From Hydrolagus colliei (lineage: Eukaryota): 64,000 nucleotides of DNA. Of the stretch, positions 24,177-36,817 are shown in pieces. The first letter of the stretch is position 1; every line of letters starts with the position of its first letter. The translations under genes were made by a program, and so were the position numbers. The stretch covers positions 14,012,001 to 14,076,000 of the forward strand of contig CM068752.1 of NCBI GenBank assembly GCA_035084275.1, read 5' to 3'. The notes under the pieces are model-generated. The model did not search any database and had not been told where the DNA came from. It was given only the letters and a program-made list of their open reading frames with translations.

Positions 24177-27100
24177 CTGAAATGAAACAAGTCATACACA
24201 TTACATTAGCATCAAAACACACAACCACATGAAAACTTAATAACGATTCACTGACAGCTTTAATGAGATACCTCTACAGGGCGGGAAAACATTTTTTGTG
24301 TCAGGCTGCCCTCAGGACACATCAGCATGCATTTAACTTGTCTTAAAGCAAGTGTTACCATTCCATTAGCTTTGCTGAAGATCGAGAGGGAAAGAAAAGA
24401 TTTCATCAGCCCTGGACCGGGTCCAGTTTTTTTTTAAAAAACTCCACTTAAATTAAAATGGATACCAAATTTGCAGACTATCTGTAAGTCGAGTTTGTTG
24501 ATTATGTGACTATATTTAATCTATGAGGTGTTTTGACAGTGCTGACCTGCGAATAGTGGAATATGCTATACTTTTACAAATCATGTTATTGAAACCTACA
24601 CATTCCGCCACTCTAATTCTCTTTTCGTAAAGATAATCATATAATTTTGTGTCTATCCTGGTGACAAACCTAAGTTTATGTGGTAGGAGGACATGATTAA
24701 GCAGCTGGTTTCAGACCTTGCTTTTGCATTCTTCAGGTTGTTAATTTCACAAATGAACACAAACAGGACATGAGTCCTAACTACCTAAAGTTAGAATTTC
24801 AAAATAGAAAAATCTTATTATTCGTCTATAAAATCTATTCCTTTGTAGATCATATTCATCAATTTGGGGCTTGTCGTTGTCTTAATACAGCTTGTTAGCC
24901 TGACAGTTGCGATTTGTTGCCTTTCTCTGAATGTAGCAACATGACATATCATATTATATTGATGATTACATACCATAACACTATGTTATCTTTTAAAGTG
25001 CCCTGTTCAGTGTTGACATTCACTGTTGTAGACAGTGATTTTGAATGGCTGCTTTTGCAACGCTATACTGTATGTAGCATGATAGAATCAAACTGCAAAT
25101 ACATCAGAGAATTTTAAAATTTGTCTTGTGAGTGCTAACAATTACAATTCAAAGAGTTGAGGTAGTGATGGCACACAACGAATAATACACTGGGTAACAA
25201 AAGTAACTTTTCAAATTTACTTTTTCAGATAACAAAATCCAACTTTAAAAAAAAATACAACACAACAAATCTTATTTTCCATATCAAATATTCCAACTTA
25301 CACCAAATGATTACCAAAAACATGACATATCATATACACAAATCTTTGCATCAAGTACACTGCCCAACACAGTAACAACAACAAAGAACTTTCATGTATC
25401 TAATCACCCTTCACGCTGCATAGAGTCCCAGTGGACTTGGTGTTTGTAAATTACGAAAAACGATCAGATTCAAATTTCCCACTTTCAGATTTCCACATCA
25501 ACCCTATAAAGCACTTTGAGGCGTTATTGAATATGACATACTGTAGAAGTGCATGTTGTTGCTGTAAGGTCTAAAATTCATGGCTATCAATAGATAAATG
25601 GTAGTGCTACACAATTTTTTCGTCTTTCTTCTAATTCATGAAAAGATTCACAAAAGCCAAAAATGCATATCCAGCATTTGAGACACAGCTTCTTAACATC
25701 TCACTCCCTCGGCCCTAATTCCTTTCACTTCAATACCCATTTTTCAACGCTCCTCCAAAATGTTTAGGAAGTAGTAAACTTTGAATTACTGCACATTAAA
25801 GTACACAAAAAAGATTTGCCTTGTCCAATGAACCCCCACCCCACCCACCACCACCCAAATAAAGTTGTAGGCTGAAAATGACCAATTTTATTATTGCGGT
25901 TTTTTTGGACGGATTATTATTAGTCATGTAGAATAAGGAAACTTGCCCAAGGTTTTGCCCTACAATTATAGCGTAATTTGTGGTGATCGGTCGTAGACCC
26001 ATCAATATCTTCAGAATTCCTTTTCGGTGAAGGAACTCAATATCTGATTGCAACGTCAAACCAGCTATGAACATTCTCAAATGATTACGGTGAACATTTT
26101 ATGGATATCGACTCCTAAATGAGACTCTGGATATTCAGTATAGTTGGGCCATTTTGAACAAAGGAAGAGAATGATATGGCAGGAGATGAAAATGCAATAC
26201 TGTATTTTAAAATTAGCCAGATGAGAATTTGTTCTAGCTTAACTCAACGATTGTTTAAGATATCAGATACTTATCAGTTAAAAAAAATCTATCTGATGAT
26301 AATTTCAATTTGGTTTACATGGATGTACATAACTCTCAGGTTAGTGGGACAGAGGAAACTCCCAGGCCACTCATCTGGAGAAATAACATACGTCTCTTAC
26401 AAATTTTGTTCAGATTTGATTTCAGTGCAGTATTTTTAAATTACTGAGGTTATTATATTGATCGGTAGATAACGAGGCCTCCCACTCTGGTAACAGTGAC
26501 TTGTGTGTAATTTAGTAAAACCAATAAACCCAAAGTCCAAGAATAATTTGTTATCTTTCTCTTTAAATGTTATGAAAAATCAAACCCAATAATTACCATA
26601 GAATTTTATTTTGCCTGAGAGTTTTGCAACAGCAATAGTAAACATCCTTTCATTGATTGTTGTTCTTCCATCCAGTATCTCTACTGCTATGCTACTGAGA
26701 ATGTATTTACACCAACGATTAAAAGTTTCTGAAGCTCTCAGGAGAGCAATTAAATTTATTAAGAGAAGGTCTATTTAATAGCAATTGCATTCTGAATAAC
26801 CATTTGAAACCACCCATTCTACTCTGCAAACCAAAAAAAGATTTGCATGTATAGGCTGGCTAGAAACCAAACCATTCAAAAATAACTTTTTATTTTGAAA
26901 AAAAGTAAGAAAAGTTTTCTTCTCCCTTTCCCATGTTTTCAAGGCCCTCATTCCATGCCCTACCCAGAATCCCTGTGACCTCTGCAGCAAAAAATAATTT
27001 CCCTCTTCCAGATGTGAGGGAAAAAATTACGACTGTGAATGCAGACTTCCTGTGATTGATATAAATGTAATAGTGGTGGACAGTTTTGGAGGCCAGGGGG

Positions 27101-27859
27101 AGCTGTTTGATTAGTTTATACTGGGTTTCGTCCAGGGAACCTTGTTCCTCCTGAACCGGTCTGCATTAACACATCCAACTAAAACATCTGACAGTCTGAA
27201 AAGATCTGGTATTCTGTTCACAGCAGCACTAGGCAGTATCACTGCTTTCATTGGACTGTCACTGGGACTTTGGGTTTTGCTTGTCTTTATTGCTGATCAG
27301 AGTGGAAAACTTTTGATTTAACTCTTTCATTCGGGATAACTTTACTGGTTTAATTTTACCCTTTGTTTAGGGAGAGAGGAATGTATTAAACACAACGTAG
27401 CTTCAAAATAGTTTCATTAAAAATAGTCTTAATCAAAGTCAAAGACCAAATCAAATATTATGCCTGATTTAGTTCTGTTATAAACAGAATACTGTAGTGT
27501 AAAGTATCAAAATATTAAGGCACAGTGTCTCTGGTACTTACACACATTTTTTAAATCCACACTAAAAGCAATATTAGATATTGCAATATTACAGAACGTT
27601 CTACAGATTCATGTTTTTTTTTACAAAGATAAGATTTCTTTCATTATTTTGCATGAAAGAAACTAAAAAACACTATAATGTGGATGGAGGCTTGGAATGA
27701 AAGTATTATCTGGCTTTGAGCAATGTTTCAAGGATGAAGGTTTGTGCAATTTCACACGAGTCTCAATGGATGTCTTAATATACTGGATTAAAGTGTAGTG
27801 ACTGTCATTTGACTGCAAACACGATGAGGCAGTCAATTTACACACTGCATGTCCCCCAC

Positions 27860-28742
27860 ACAAAAAAACCTTTATACCTAGGGGAACAGGACACAAGGAG
27901 AAGGAGGTCATGTTGAATCGATACAAAACCACAGTCAGACCACAGTTGGAATACTGTATGCAGTTTTGGGATCCTCATTATAGGAAATGATGTTAAGACG
28001 CTGGAGATTCACCAGATAGGATGTTGCCTGGAATGAGGAAATGCAGTTATGGGGAAAAGTTTGATAAACTGGTGCTCAGAGGCTGAAAGAGGGTATGAGA
28101 GATTTATATAAGATGATGGGAGGCTTAGATACGATTGGTAGGAATGATTATTCTGGTGATCAGCGGGAGTGAGGAATTCAGTTATTGCAGTGCTGTACAA
28201 ATGTAATTTTGTTGTTGTTACCACAGACAGTTGTGAGGACAGCAACTGTGTGCATGGTTGAAAATAGACTGGACACATGGTTAAGAGAGAATAAAATTGA
28301 GGGATATGGGGAAAGCCGGGATATAGGATCTAGGATTTGGCACAGTAAAACCTCGATAAATACGACATTCCAAAAGCTGGCAACTCCCTAAAACCGGCAA
28401 GATTTCAAAATACACACAGCATTAGATATTTTTCTGATGTCCAGCAAATCTCCCAATGTTGGGCGCGGCTGTTTGTAGTTCCTGGTGTCGCCGCTCTGCC
28501 AAGTGGGTGCAGTCAGTGGAGCTCAACTTCAGTGACGTGTTTACAGTGTGGGGTGTATGGGGCGGGGCTTCCCCAGCCATTTCTCAGGAGGTTTCTAAAC
28601 ACCGGCAAACTCTGAAACCCGGCAGGGTGTGTGGGCCCAACCGTACTACAATATTGAGGTTTTACTGCACTTGTGTGGGGTATAAACACTAGCCAGACAG
28701 GGTGGGCCCGTTTCTGAGTTACATGAATGATGAATCTATGAA
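27860..28742 (+). mobile_element. Degenerate CR1 3' end interrupted by a Tigger-like MITE
   Basis: GTCAGACCACAGTTGGAATACTGTATGCAGTTTTGG (VRPQLEYCMQFW); ATGAATCTATGAA tail near 28730. Confidence 0.8.
28343..28667. mobile_element. Tigger/pogo-like MITE, family A
   Basis: TIR CAGTAAAACCTC / GAGGTTTTACTG; internal GGCAACTCCCTAAAACCGGCAAGATTTC shared with the copies at 38218 and 53771. Confidence 0.8.
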
Positions 28743-28759
28743 ACAGCCTAGAAATACGT

Positions 28760-28885
28760 AAGCAATTTTATTTGGGGAATTGTTGGCCAGGACACCAGAA
28801 GAAATTCCCTTCTCTTTTCTAGTAGTGGCTTATGATGTTTAATGACCTCAGGCAGACGGGACCTCAGTTTAACATCTCATACAAA
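28760..28885 (-). mobile_element. Old Deu-domain SINE fragment
   Basis: TTGGCCAGGACACCAG...CAGACGGGACCTCAGTTTAACATCTCAT is the reverse complement of the Deu domain. Confidence 0.7.
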
Positions 28886-29664
28886 CTCTGAAATCAGTTT
28901 GAACTGAAACCACTTGACATTAAGGGTGCTGCAAAGTAGAAACATACAAGCGCTTAGTTTTCTAATTCTGAACTAAACTGCCACTTGTATTTATGGAATC
29001 AGACCATTACCGCACAGAAAGGGGTCACCTAACCCATTGGGTTCACAATGTTATTTTTCAACAAAAATCAATTCTCCTGATTGCTCTTTATACTCCTCAA
29101 AATTCCTCTTCAAGCTTCTATCCAAAAGGAAATAATGCAGTCTTGCTTCCACAAAGAAATGCCTACATTTGCCGTCACATGCAAAATCTTGTGTTAAGCC
29201 TTAAGAATTCCTATCTAACTTCAAAACAACACTTTCTTTTCCACAATGCACAATACAGTATGTATAATTACATATCTACAAATGAGGAAACGGTGGGGCA
29301 ATAAACCACTAGGAACTGAACAGTACTAATGTTGGGTGCTTTCGGTTCATAACAGTTCTATATTTACAGTGTATTGAAACAATGTTGAAAATCACAATGC
29401 TCCTTTTACCAACAACCACACCCAATTTAATGTAATAAGCAACAGCTGAAATGATGTGTGTAAAAAAAAAAGCAATTGTTTGTTGAACATTCATTTTTGT
29501 TTCCTATTAAATAAAGGGAACTTGGTTCCTAAAGAGGCCAAGGTGAAAAAGATTATTAGCAAGTACTGTACCTACCTGTATGTTTCTAAAATATTTCAAA
29601 TTTGCCCTACTAACTAAAAACGCCCTTACTCTTTGTTGTATATAATTCCCTTGCCAATGGCAAG

Positions 29665-30220
29665 GAACTTGCATTTATATATCACCTGTCAATGCAGGGT
29701 AGTGTCCCAAAGCGCTTGACAATGGAGCACGCCACCGAGCTTGGGTGTTGGGGTGGTGGGGAGGGGGGGGTGACCAGAGTATGGTCGAATAGGAAGGTCT
29801 TCAGGCGTGACCTGGAGTTGGGGAATTAAGGGGCAAGGAAGAGGGATGGAGGAAGTGTTCTGGAGTTTCGGGGCATGAATGCGTGGTTACCAATGTTGGA
29901 ATGAGGGACATGCGGAAGGCCGAAGCCCGTCGGCAGAAGCAGCAGTTTGGAGGGTTAAATAGGTCGGGGAGGTAAGTGCCAGGGCATGAAAGGATTTGAA
30001 ACAAGAGCAAGGATCTTGAAATCGACTATGTTATGGATCAGCTAGATTCTGTGTATGGTGGAGCTGGGGAGATCAGTAAAGAGGGCATTTGAAAAGTCGA
30101 GTTGGGAGGTGACAAACACATGAACGAGCACACATGGAGTACAGTATTCTACTCTAGACAGAATAGCACCAAGAGGTGCTAAATGGTCAAACAAAAGGAT
30201 CAGCAAGGCTCCCGAGTTGA
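29665..30220 (-). mobile_element. L2 LINE 3' fragment
   Basis: Minus-strand LVHVFVTSQLDFSNALFTDLP; L2-type tail. Confidence 0.8.
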
Positions 30221-30665
30221 ACGTTGCACTCTTATAAGCCTCAGTCTCCAACTCCCCATATTGTATGACTGTATTTTGCCTTCATAGAAGGTACCAGTGC
30301 CAGTGAAAGTCAGGAGGCGTTACCATAAAAACAATGCATATGCTAACTTGTGCACAGGCAACTTATTATAATTTCCATCTGGCTGCTTTACAATCCATCC
30401 TACAGTATGAATGGGACAGTTTAATGAGCAACAAGACTGAGTTGGAATTACTGAACTCCTTCCTTGCCAGGTACTGTATTTTTGTACATTTTGTGCCAAT
30501 AAGCTAAAATTGACATGCAAGTCAATATGCCTTACTCATATTTCCAATTATTAATAGAATGCCTTAAGGTAGTTAAATAGTCGTGATTCCAAAAGGCAGG
30601 CATCGTTTATTTTATTAAAAAAACATTGAATCTTCAACATGTAATAACCAAGCAGAGTTATATTA

Positions 30666-31376
30666 CAGTAAAACCTTGTTTACCTGGTACCCAACCGACC
30701 GGCATATTCAACCAACCGGTTTTTCCCAAAACAATTCACATGTGCACTTATTAAACCTACCAAACGCTGGAATGCTTTTTTACCGATCATTTTACCAAGT
30801 GTGCTGGAATGCTTTATTGGTGGCGCATCCAGGAATGCCGCAAGGGTATTTGGCGCCCTAGGCGAGCCTTCAGATGTGCGCCCCCTCGTAACTTTTGATA
30901 AGCTAATGTTAATACTACCTACTGCTGTTCACTGCGTTTATGTTTGTATAGTACGTTTAAAATCACACCATCCTGCATGTGTGTATGTAGTGAGCTTAAA
31001 ACGGTGTGTGTGTGTGTGTGTGTGCTGCTTGTTCAACTTACTGCTAATTTCCACGTCTCCGCCACTATATGCCAGCAAACGACAGTGGTAATTTTCACCA
31101 CGCGTGGTAAACCGTACATGCTCTATAACCAGGGCCAGCGCCCCCAAAATTTTGGCGCCCAAGGCGATTGCCTAGTTCGCCTAAATGTAGCGCCAGCCCT
31201 GTTAGTATCTATACAATATTCTGTTATTATGTAGTCTATTACTAATATGGTATGTTTTAAAATAAGTAAATTTTTTGTTGTTGGATTTTCGGCAACTTGC
31301 CACTCGAATATCTGACATATTTGATTGATCGGCAACGGTCAGGTCCCGAGGGTGCCGGATAACAAAGGTTTTACTG
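30666..31376. mobile_element. Tigger/pogo-like MITE with nested hAT-like pieces and a (TG)n tract
   Basis: TA-flanked TIR CAGTAAAACCTTGTT / AACAAAGGTTTTACTG; internal CAGGGCCAGCGC...GCGCCAGCCCTG at 31130-31201. Confidence 0.8.
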
Positions 31377-31660
31377 TAGTTCTATTAAGATTTTTTAAAA
31401 AACATTTTCTGGACTGAATGAATCAGTGAGCTTCATTAAACTAGTAGAGGATGTTTTCTGGTCAACCAGATATCTGATACATAGGGAAAACCATCCTATG
31501 ATTAAGTCTCTAAAGCAAACTAATCTGAGAGTAACACCAATATACACATGGGTGGAAGTTTCCATATACAGAATGCTCATTCTCTTCAGAGACTCACCCA
31601 GTTTACCAAACCCCAAATACCAAACTTCAGGTGCATCTTAAAGGCCACGGATCGGGACCC

Positions 31661-32450
31661 CAGCAACAACAAAATTACACTTGTATAGCTCCTTTCATGT
31701 CAGGAGGACATCACAAGGAGCTGGACAGTCATTATTTCAGACCCGAGCTGGAGACAGGGAGGGTAGAAGGAAAGGGAGGGATTTGTTGTGGCTGATGGGA
31801 CCGTCGAAGAGAACGGTCTAGAGGAGGGACTGGAAGGAGGCCAGGGAGGGGGCAAGGAGGAGGGACTGCAGGAAGAGTTCCAAAAGTTGGGGCAGAGTGG
31901 TTGAAGGATCGCCTGCCAATGGTGGTGTGGGTGGGTTGGGGTGACATGGAGCAGGCCGGAGCCGGCTGAGCAGAGGGGGAGGGCAGGTTGGTAGGGGGTT
32001 AGGAGTTCATGGAGGAAGTGGGGGGCGAGGCAATGGAGAGCTTTGAATGTGAGGATCAGGAACTTGAATCGGATCCTCTGGATGATGGGGAGCCAATGGA
32101 GTCGGGCGAGGATGAGAGAGATGGAGTCGAGAAGCTTGGAGCGGTAGAGGACACGTGCCGCAGAGTTATGGAACATCTGCAACCTATGGAGGGAAGAATT
32201 GGGAAGGCTGACAAGCAGGGTGTTTGCTTAGTCAAGCCGGGATGTAATGAAGGCACGAATGAGGATTTCAGCAGCCTTGGAAGTAAGGTGGAGTTGGGCA
32301 ATATTGCGGAGGTGAGGGAAGGCAGAACGGGTCATGGCTTGGATGTGGGGGAGGAAAGAAGGTTGAGGATCATATAAGACACCTAGGTTCCTGACTGGCT
32401 TGGTGAGGTCAAGTGAGCGACCATGGAGGTTGATGCTGCCAGTGCCTGAG
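31661..32450 (-). mobile_element. L2 LINE 3' portion (RT C-terminus, frameshifted)
   Basis: ORF 31700..32182 with NSAARVL...LARLHWLPIIQRIRFKFLILTFKALHCLAP; (TTG)n tail. Confidence 0.92.
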
Positions 32451-32599
32451 TGTACATTGGGATACTGCTGGAGCTAAACCTGCTAAATTACACATCTTCC
32501 CATTGTGATTATCTATGCACTCCTTACAGACACATTAAGCAGTAGAACTCGCTTACATAACAAAAACATTATTAATTTTGAAAATCAACATTTTAATCC

Positions 32600-33025
32600 T
32601 TAACCTATTCTACTCCAATGTAACAACCATCCCAAATTTTCAAATCTGTACACATAACTGTAACCTCTAACCCTGGTACAAACCTGATGAATACCATGTA
32701 ACCTTTCCATGGCTGTGAATTCATCAACCTCAGCCTAATTAAAGTTCTGGGCAAATTTAGCATGACCTTGGTGTTGAACACAATGCTTGTAATGTCCCAC
32801 AAACAGTCAGGAAGTGAATGACTGAATGACCAATTTTATTTGGCCTGGACACCATGGCACTATTCGAGAAAAAAATCCCTTCTCTTTTCACGTAGTGCCA
32901 CAGGATCTTTAACCTGAACAGGTAGACCGGACCTTGGTTTAATGTCTCATTCACCAAAAGGCACTTCCAAAAATGTTGTACACCCCCAGCAGTGCACTGG
33001 AGTGCCTAATTAGATTACGAGCTCA
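32600..33025 (-). mobile_element. CR1 fragment (about 32600-32780) abutting an old Deu-domain SINE (about 32790-33025)
   Basis: Minus-strand VMLNLPRTLIRLRL; TAGTGCCACAGGATCTTTAAC...CCTTGGTTTAATGTCTCAT. Confidence 0.65.
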
Positions 33026-33504
33026 AATACATATTTAGAGAACAATCGGGTGCTGTTAAAAAATATGGGCCATGTGACACATGCACTTATTGTTGGAAGA
33101 AAATAAATCAACTACAAATCGTTCAGTTAACTACAAATCTCAGGGATTAGGTAGATTGTGAAGTTAAGCATCTGCATTAGAGTAGGCTTTTCAGTTAAAG
33201 TGAAACCACTGTGCAATTTATATGGTATCTATTCCATTGTTCTGAGTTTTCACAGTGACAAAGATACTGTACAAATCTAGTTGAATGAAGTAGCAAATGC
33301 TAAGGCCTTGCAATTAACCCATATCTTGCTGAACAATGATCACACTAACAATGAATGCAATAAAATATTTAAAAACAGTGCAAAAAACAGTACAACTTGA
33401 AATGTGGTTATAAAGTTGGATATATTCCATTCATAAATGTTATTTTCACTAGTTAAGTGATAATACTTATCTTGTAAAGAATTTCTTTGTGCTTTACACA
33501 AAAT

Positions 33505-33609
33505 GTACAGCCAATTCACTTTACAGTATATTCTGTGAAATGCTTTGAGACGTCTAACAAACGTGAAAAGCGCTATAACAAATGCAAGGATTATTATTAT
33601 TATTATTAT
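33505..33609 (+). mobile_element. 3' fragment of the Deu-type SINE with a long (ATT)n tail
   Basis: CAATTCACTTTACAGTATATTCTGTGAA...AAGGATTATTATTATTATTATT. Confidence 0.85.
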
Positions 33610-33924
33610 TTACAATGACAGAGTTGGATGTTGAGAAAGAATAAATGTGAAATGGGGAAAGGGGGAGGGGTGGCGAGATGCAGGGTTAAAAGGAGGGAGT
33701 TCCAGAGATCAGAGTGTAATAACTGAAAGCAGAGTAACCGATGAAGGTGCAGAGAAGGCTGGGCAAAAACGCAAACCAAGCAGAGGGGGGTGAGCAAAAG
33801 ATTGGATAGGAGATCACAGAGATAAGGAGATGGTAGGGTGTGAAGGTACTTAGAGGTGATGGTGAGTACCGTAAAGTTGATCTATTGGGAAATAGGGAGC
33901 CATTGGAGCTGGCTAGGACTAAGG

Positions 33925-34259
33925 TAGGGTCAGTCGATATCAAAATTGTCCGATATTAATATATCGGTTTGCCCATATCGATATATCCCGATATCGCGTT
34001 TTTTTTTGTCCTGTGCATGCGCGTGCATTCCGGTGTGCGCACGCATTCGGATATCGACAAGGTAAGTTGAAAAAGTCCGCATTATACGGATATATACCGA
34101 TATATCGCCGGACACGATATACCGATATTTGCGATATATCGATTTTTTTAACATATCTAATTTTTCGATATATCCATATATTTAAAATTCCGATATCGGC
34201 ATATCAATATGAAAATTATATCGGATATAACCGATATATCGATATATCGCTGGACCCTA
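33925..34259. mobile_element. hAT-superfamily MITE, GATATC/ATCGAT-rich, inserted into an L2 fragment (about 33640-34350, minus strand)
   Basis: TIR TAGGGTC/GACCCTA; perfect 8-bp TSD GACTAAGG at 33917-24 and 34260-67. Confidence 0.93.
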
Positions 34260-34644
34260 GACTAAGGTGATAAACATGTGGATTTTGGTACAGATGAGGT
34301 TGCAAATGGATGGAGTTTAGGATGATATGGAGTTATGAATGGGAGACCGGCAGAGTAAAAGAGGATAAAAATAACTTAGGGATCCTAGTTTGGTATAGTA
34401 TTGCTTGCTTCTGAACAACTAACCCATCACTAGTAAAATGACTAGTACATGCATGAGATTGACAGAACAATACAAACAGTGATCAACTGCAAACAAAGCA
34501 AGACAAACACTGTTTAAGCTCAGACAGATGGGTCATGTGACACACACATTTATTGTTGGACGAAAATAAATCAACTGCAAATCGTCAAATGGAAACATGT
34601 GAGATTTAAGATTTAAATCGGAGCTTGTATAAGTTTATTGAGGA

Positions 34645-34829
34645 ACCCTTCAAGACCTACCCCAAGGCTCAATCTTTGATCATGCTTTCGATCAACCTCC
34701 TTCCCACCACTGCCCCCCACCCTCCCCAATCCTACCCCCAGCTCGTGTCCGGAATACTGTCTGTCCAGTGCCTTGGGACGTCCTCCTGACATAAAAGGCG
34801 CTATACAAATGTAATTTTGTTGTTGTTGT
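34645..34829 (+). mobile_element. L2 3' end
   Basis: CTTCAAGACCTACCCCAAGG...GGCGCTATACAAATGTAATTTTGTTGTTGTT. Confidence 0.8.
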
Positions 34830-36534
34830 AGATTACTGTCAAAACACAAGATTAAAATCACTCACCACTAGAGCATGCTTTATGTCATAACAGAAAACTG
34901 AAAATCCATCAAATCTGCAAATTATCTAGTAGCAGTCAGATAGCCACATTGCCTGAGGCCACCTCACAAATCCACAAAAGCAACTGTAACAGTCTATTTA
35001 GATTGCTCCATAGTATTCAATGCTTAACATTTCTGTTTTCTTGTTTGCTCCCATAGTATCCAACATTTAACATTCCTCTTCTTGTTTTCCTACCATTCAT
35101 TAAAGAACTGAATGTTGCAACTACATTGGCAGCATAGCCCCTGGGACTCCAGAGCAAAAGGTGAAGACATTTTGCAGCGTGGATGTCTAAATTCACTGCA
35201 AAGCAAATAGAATTTTACACACATATGATTTTATAAGAGAGAGATTGTACAGTGCTGTTATAATTAAACATTATGCACAGAGGAAGTTGCTGAGGTGTTA
35301 AAGGTATGCAACGTACAATGTTTGAGCGGCTGAGATTGATCTTCTGTCCCTCATCCCATCATTTAAACCACCAGCAAAAGTATGAAAATAGCTTATTATT
35401 ACTCCAGCCTTACATGGACAATTTAGTACAGATCACACAATATCCATGTTTGAGTTTGGATCAAAGATTGTGCATCTTTTATCAATGTGCTGATCTGCCA
35501 TGTTAAGACAATTTTCATGCTACAAAATTTCAAAAATATCAAATAATCCTACTGATCACTGTAATTTCAATTCTATGAATGACATAACATTCAATTTGCC
35601 AAAATGAAGGAAAGTAATGCTTATCCAAGTCACTGTCCATTCAACCTATCAGAGAAATGAGTAACTCGTTTTCTTAAAAGTGTTAACTGCATAATAACAA
35701 AAACTTCAGCTGGACCAGCAAAACATGACGCATCAAGACAGTAATTTTAAATCCCTCAGCCTTTGGAGAAATGTTGGGGATAATCCATCTGAGGGAAAGG
35801 AGATGAAGATCACTCTCATCAAGGACTGTCTTAATGGCCAGTTAAACAAATGGCACCAGACAGGGCATTGTGCATTTTGTTTTAAATGTTCCTAACAGCA
35901 AATTTTAAAAATGCTCTTTCCATGAGCATTTTATGAACTTGTAATCTTATCAGCCTCGCAATTGGATATTTGTAGTGAAACACAATATGGTATTAGACGT
36001 TAAATCATTATTGTAAGCCCAGTCCTACAAAAGGTTGGTGCCTCACTTTATTACAACACAACGCTGAGATGCGAGCATACACTTCTGCCTTCCCTGACAG
36101 AAAACGATGCAGCAGTCAAACTGGTTTCTCATCTCCTCAAAGCCCATTACTGTGTCCCAAGGTATTTGGCATTTCATTCTACAGATATGAGCAAAATTCT
36201 AAAGATTCCAGATGGCATTGTTACATTATTATCCTTGAGTTTTTATAGTTTCATACATCCCAAATGTGGCCAATTATTTCAAATGGCCACATTCTCGACT
36301 CTCCCACAGGAAGGCACTTATCTGGACCCTCATGCAGCCAGAATACCAGAAGTTATGGCTCTCAGGCCTTCCTCTTCTAATTCTTTATTCCACAAGAGCA
36401 GAAGTTGTTGAATACTTGCCATTTACACATTAGACACATCTACTCTTTTCTTTATCCTCTTTCTCACCTACCAGCAAAGCTGAAATTGAAATATTCAAAA
36501 AGAATATTTTGTAGAGACAGCTGTTTGGACCCAC

Positions 36535-36817
36535 TCTACCATCGGCGGCTGGACTTTCGACCTCTCTGCCCTCATCCACCCGCTGCCTCCATCCCACAAT
36601 TCTTTTGTCTTGCTGCCTCACTTGCCTCCTTCAAGGCACCACTCAAGAACTTCCTTTTCGACCGTACCTTCGGCTGCTCTCTTTCCTCTCTTCCCTCCAT
36701 CACTCCCACCCTGCCCCCACCCCATGCTTTAACAGTCCTGATCCCCGACTGTTCATCGCCTTGGGATTTCCTCTCAAAGTGAAAGCGCTTTACAAATGGA
36801 ATTTTATCGTTGTTGTT
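36535..36817 (+). mobile_element. L2 3' end
   Basis: SLASFKAPLKNFLF remnant; AAAGCGCTTTACAAAT...GTTGTTGTT tail. Confidence 0.8.

Noticed and set aside
35003-35088. Imperfect 43-bp tandem duplication
   Set aside because: Ordinary slippage duplication with no sign of function
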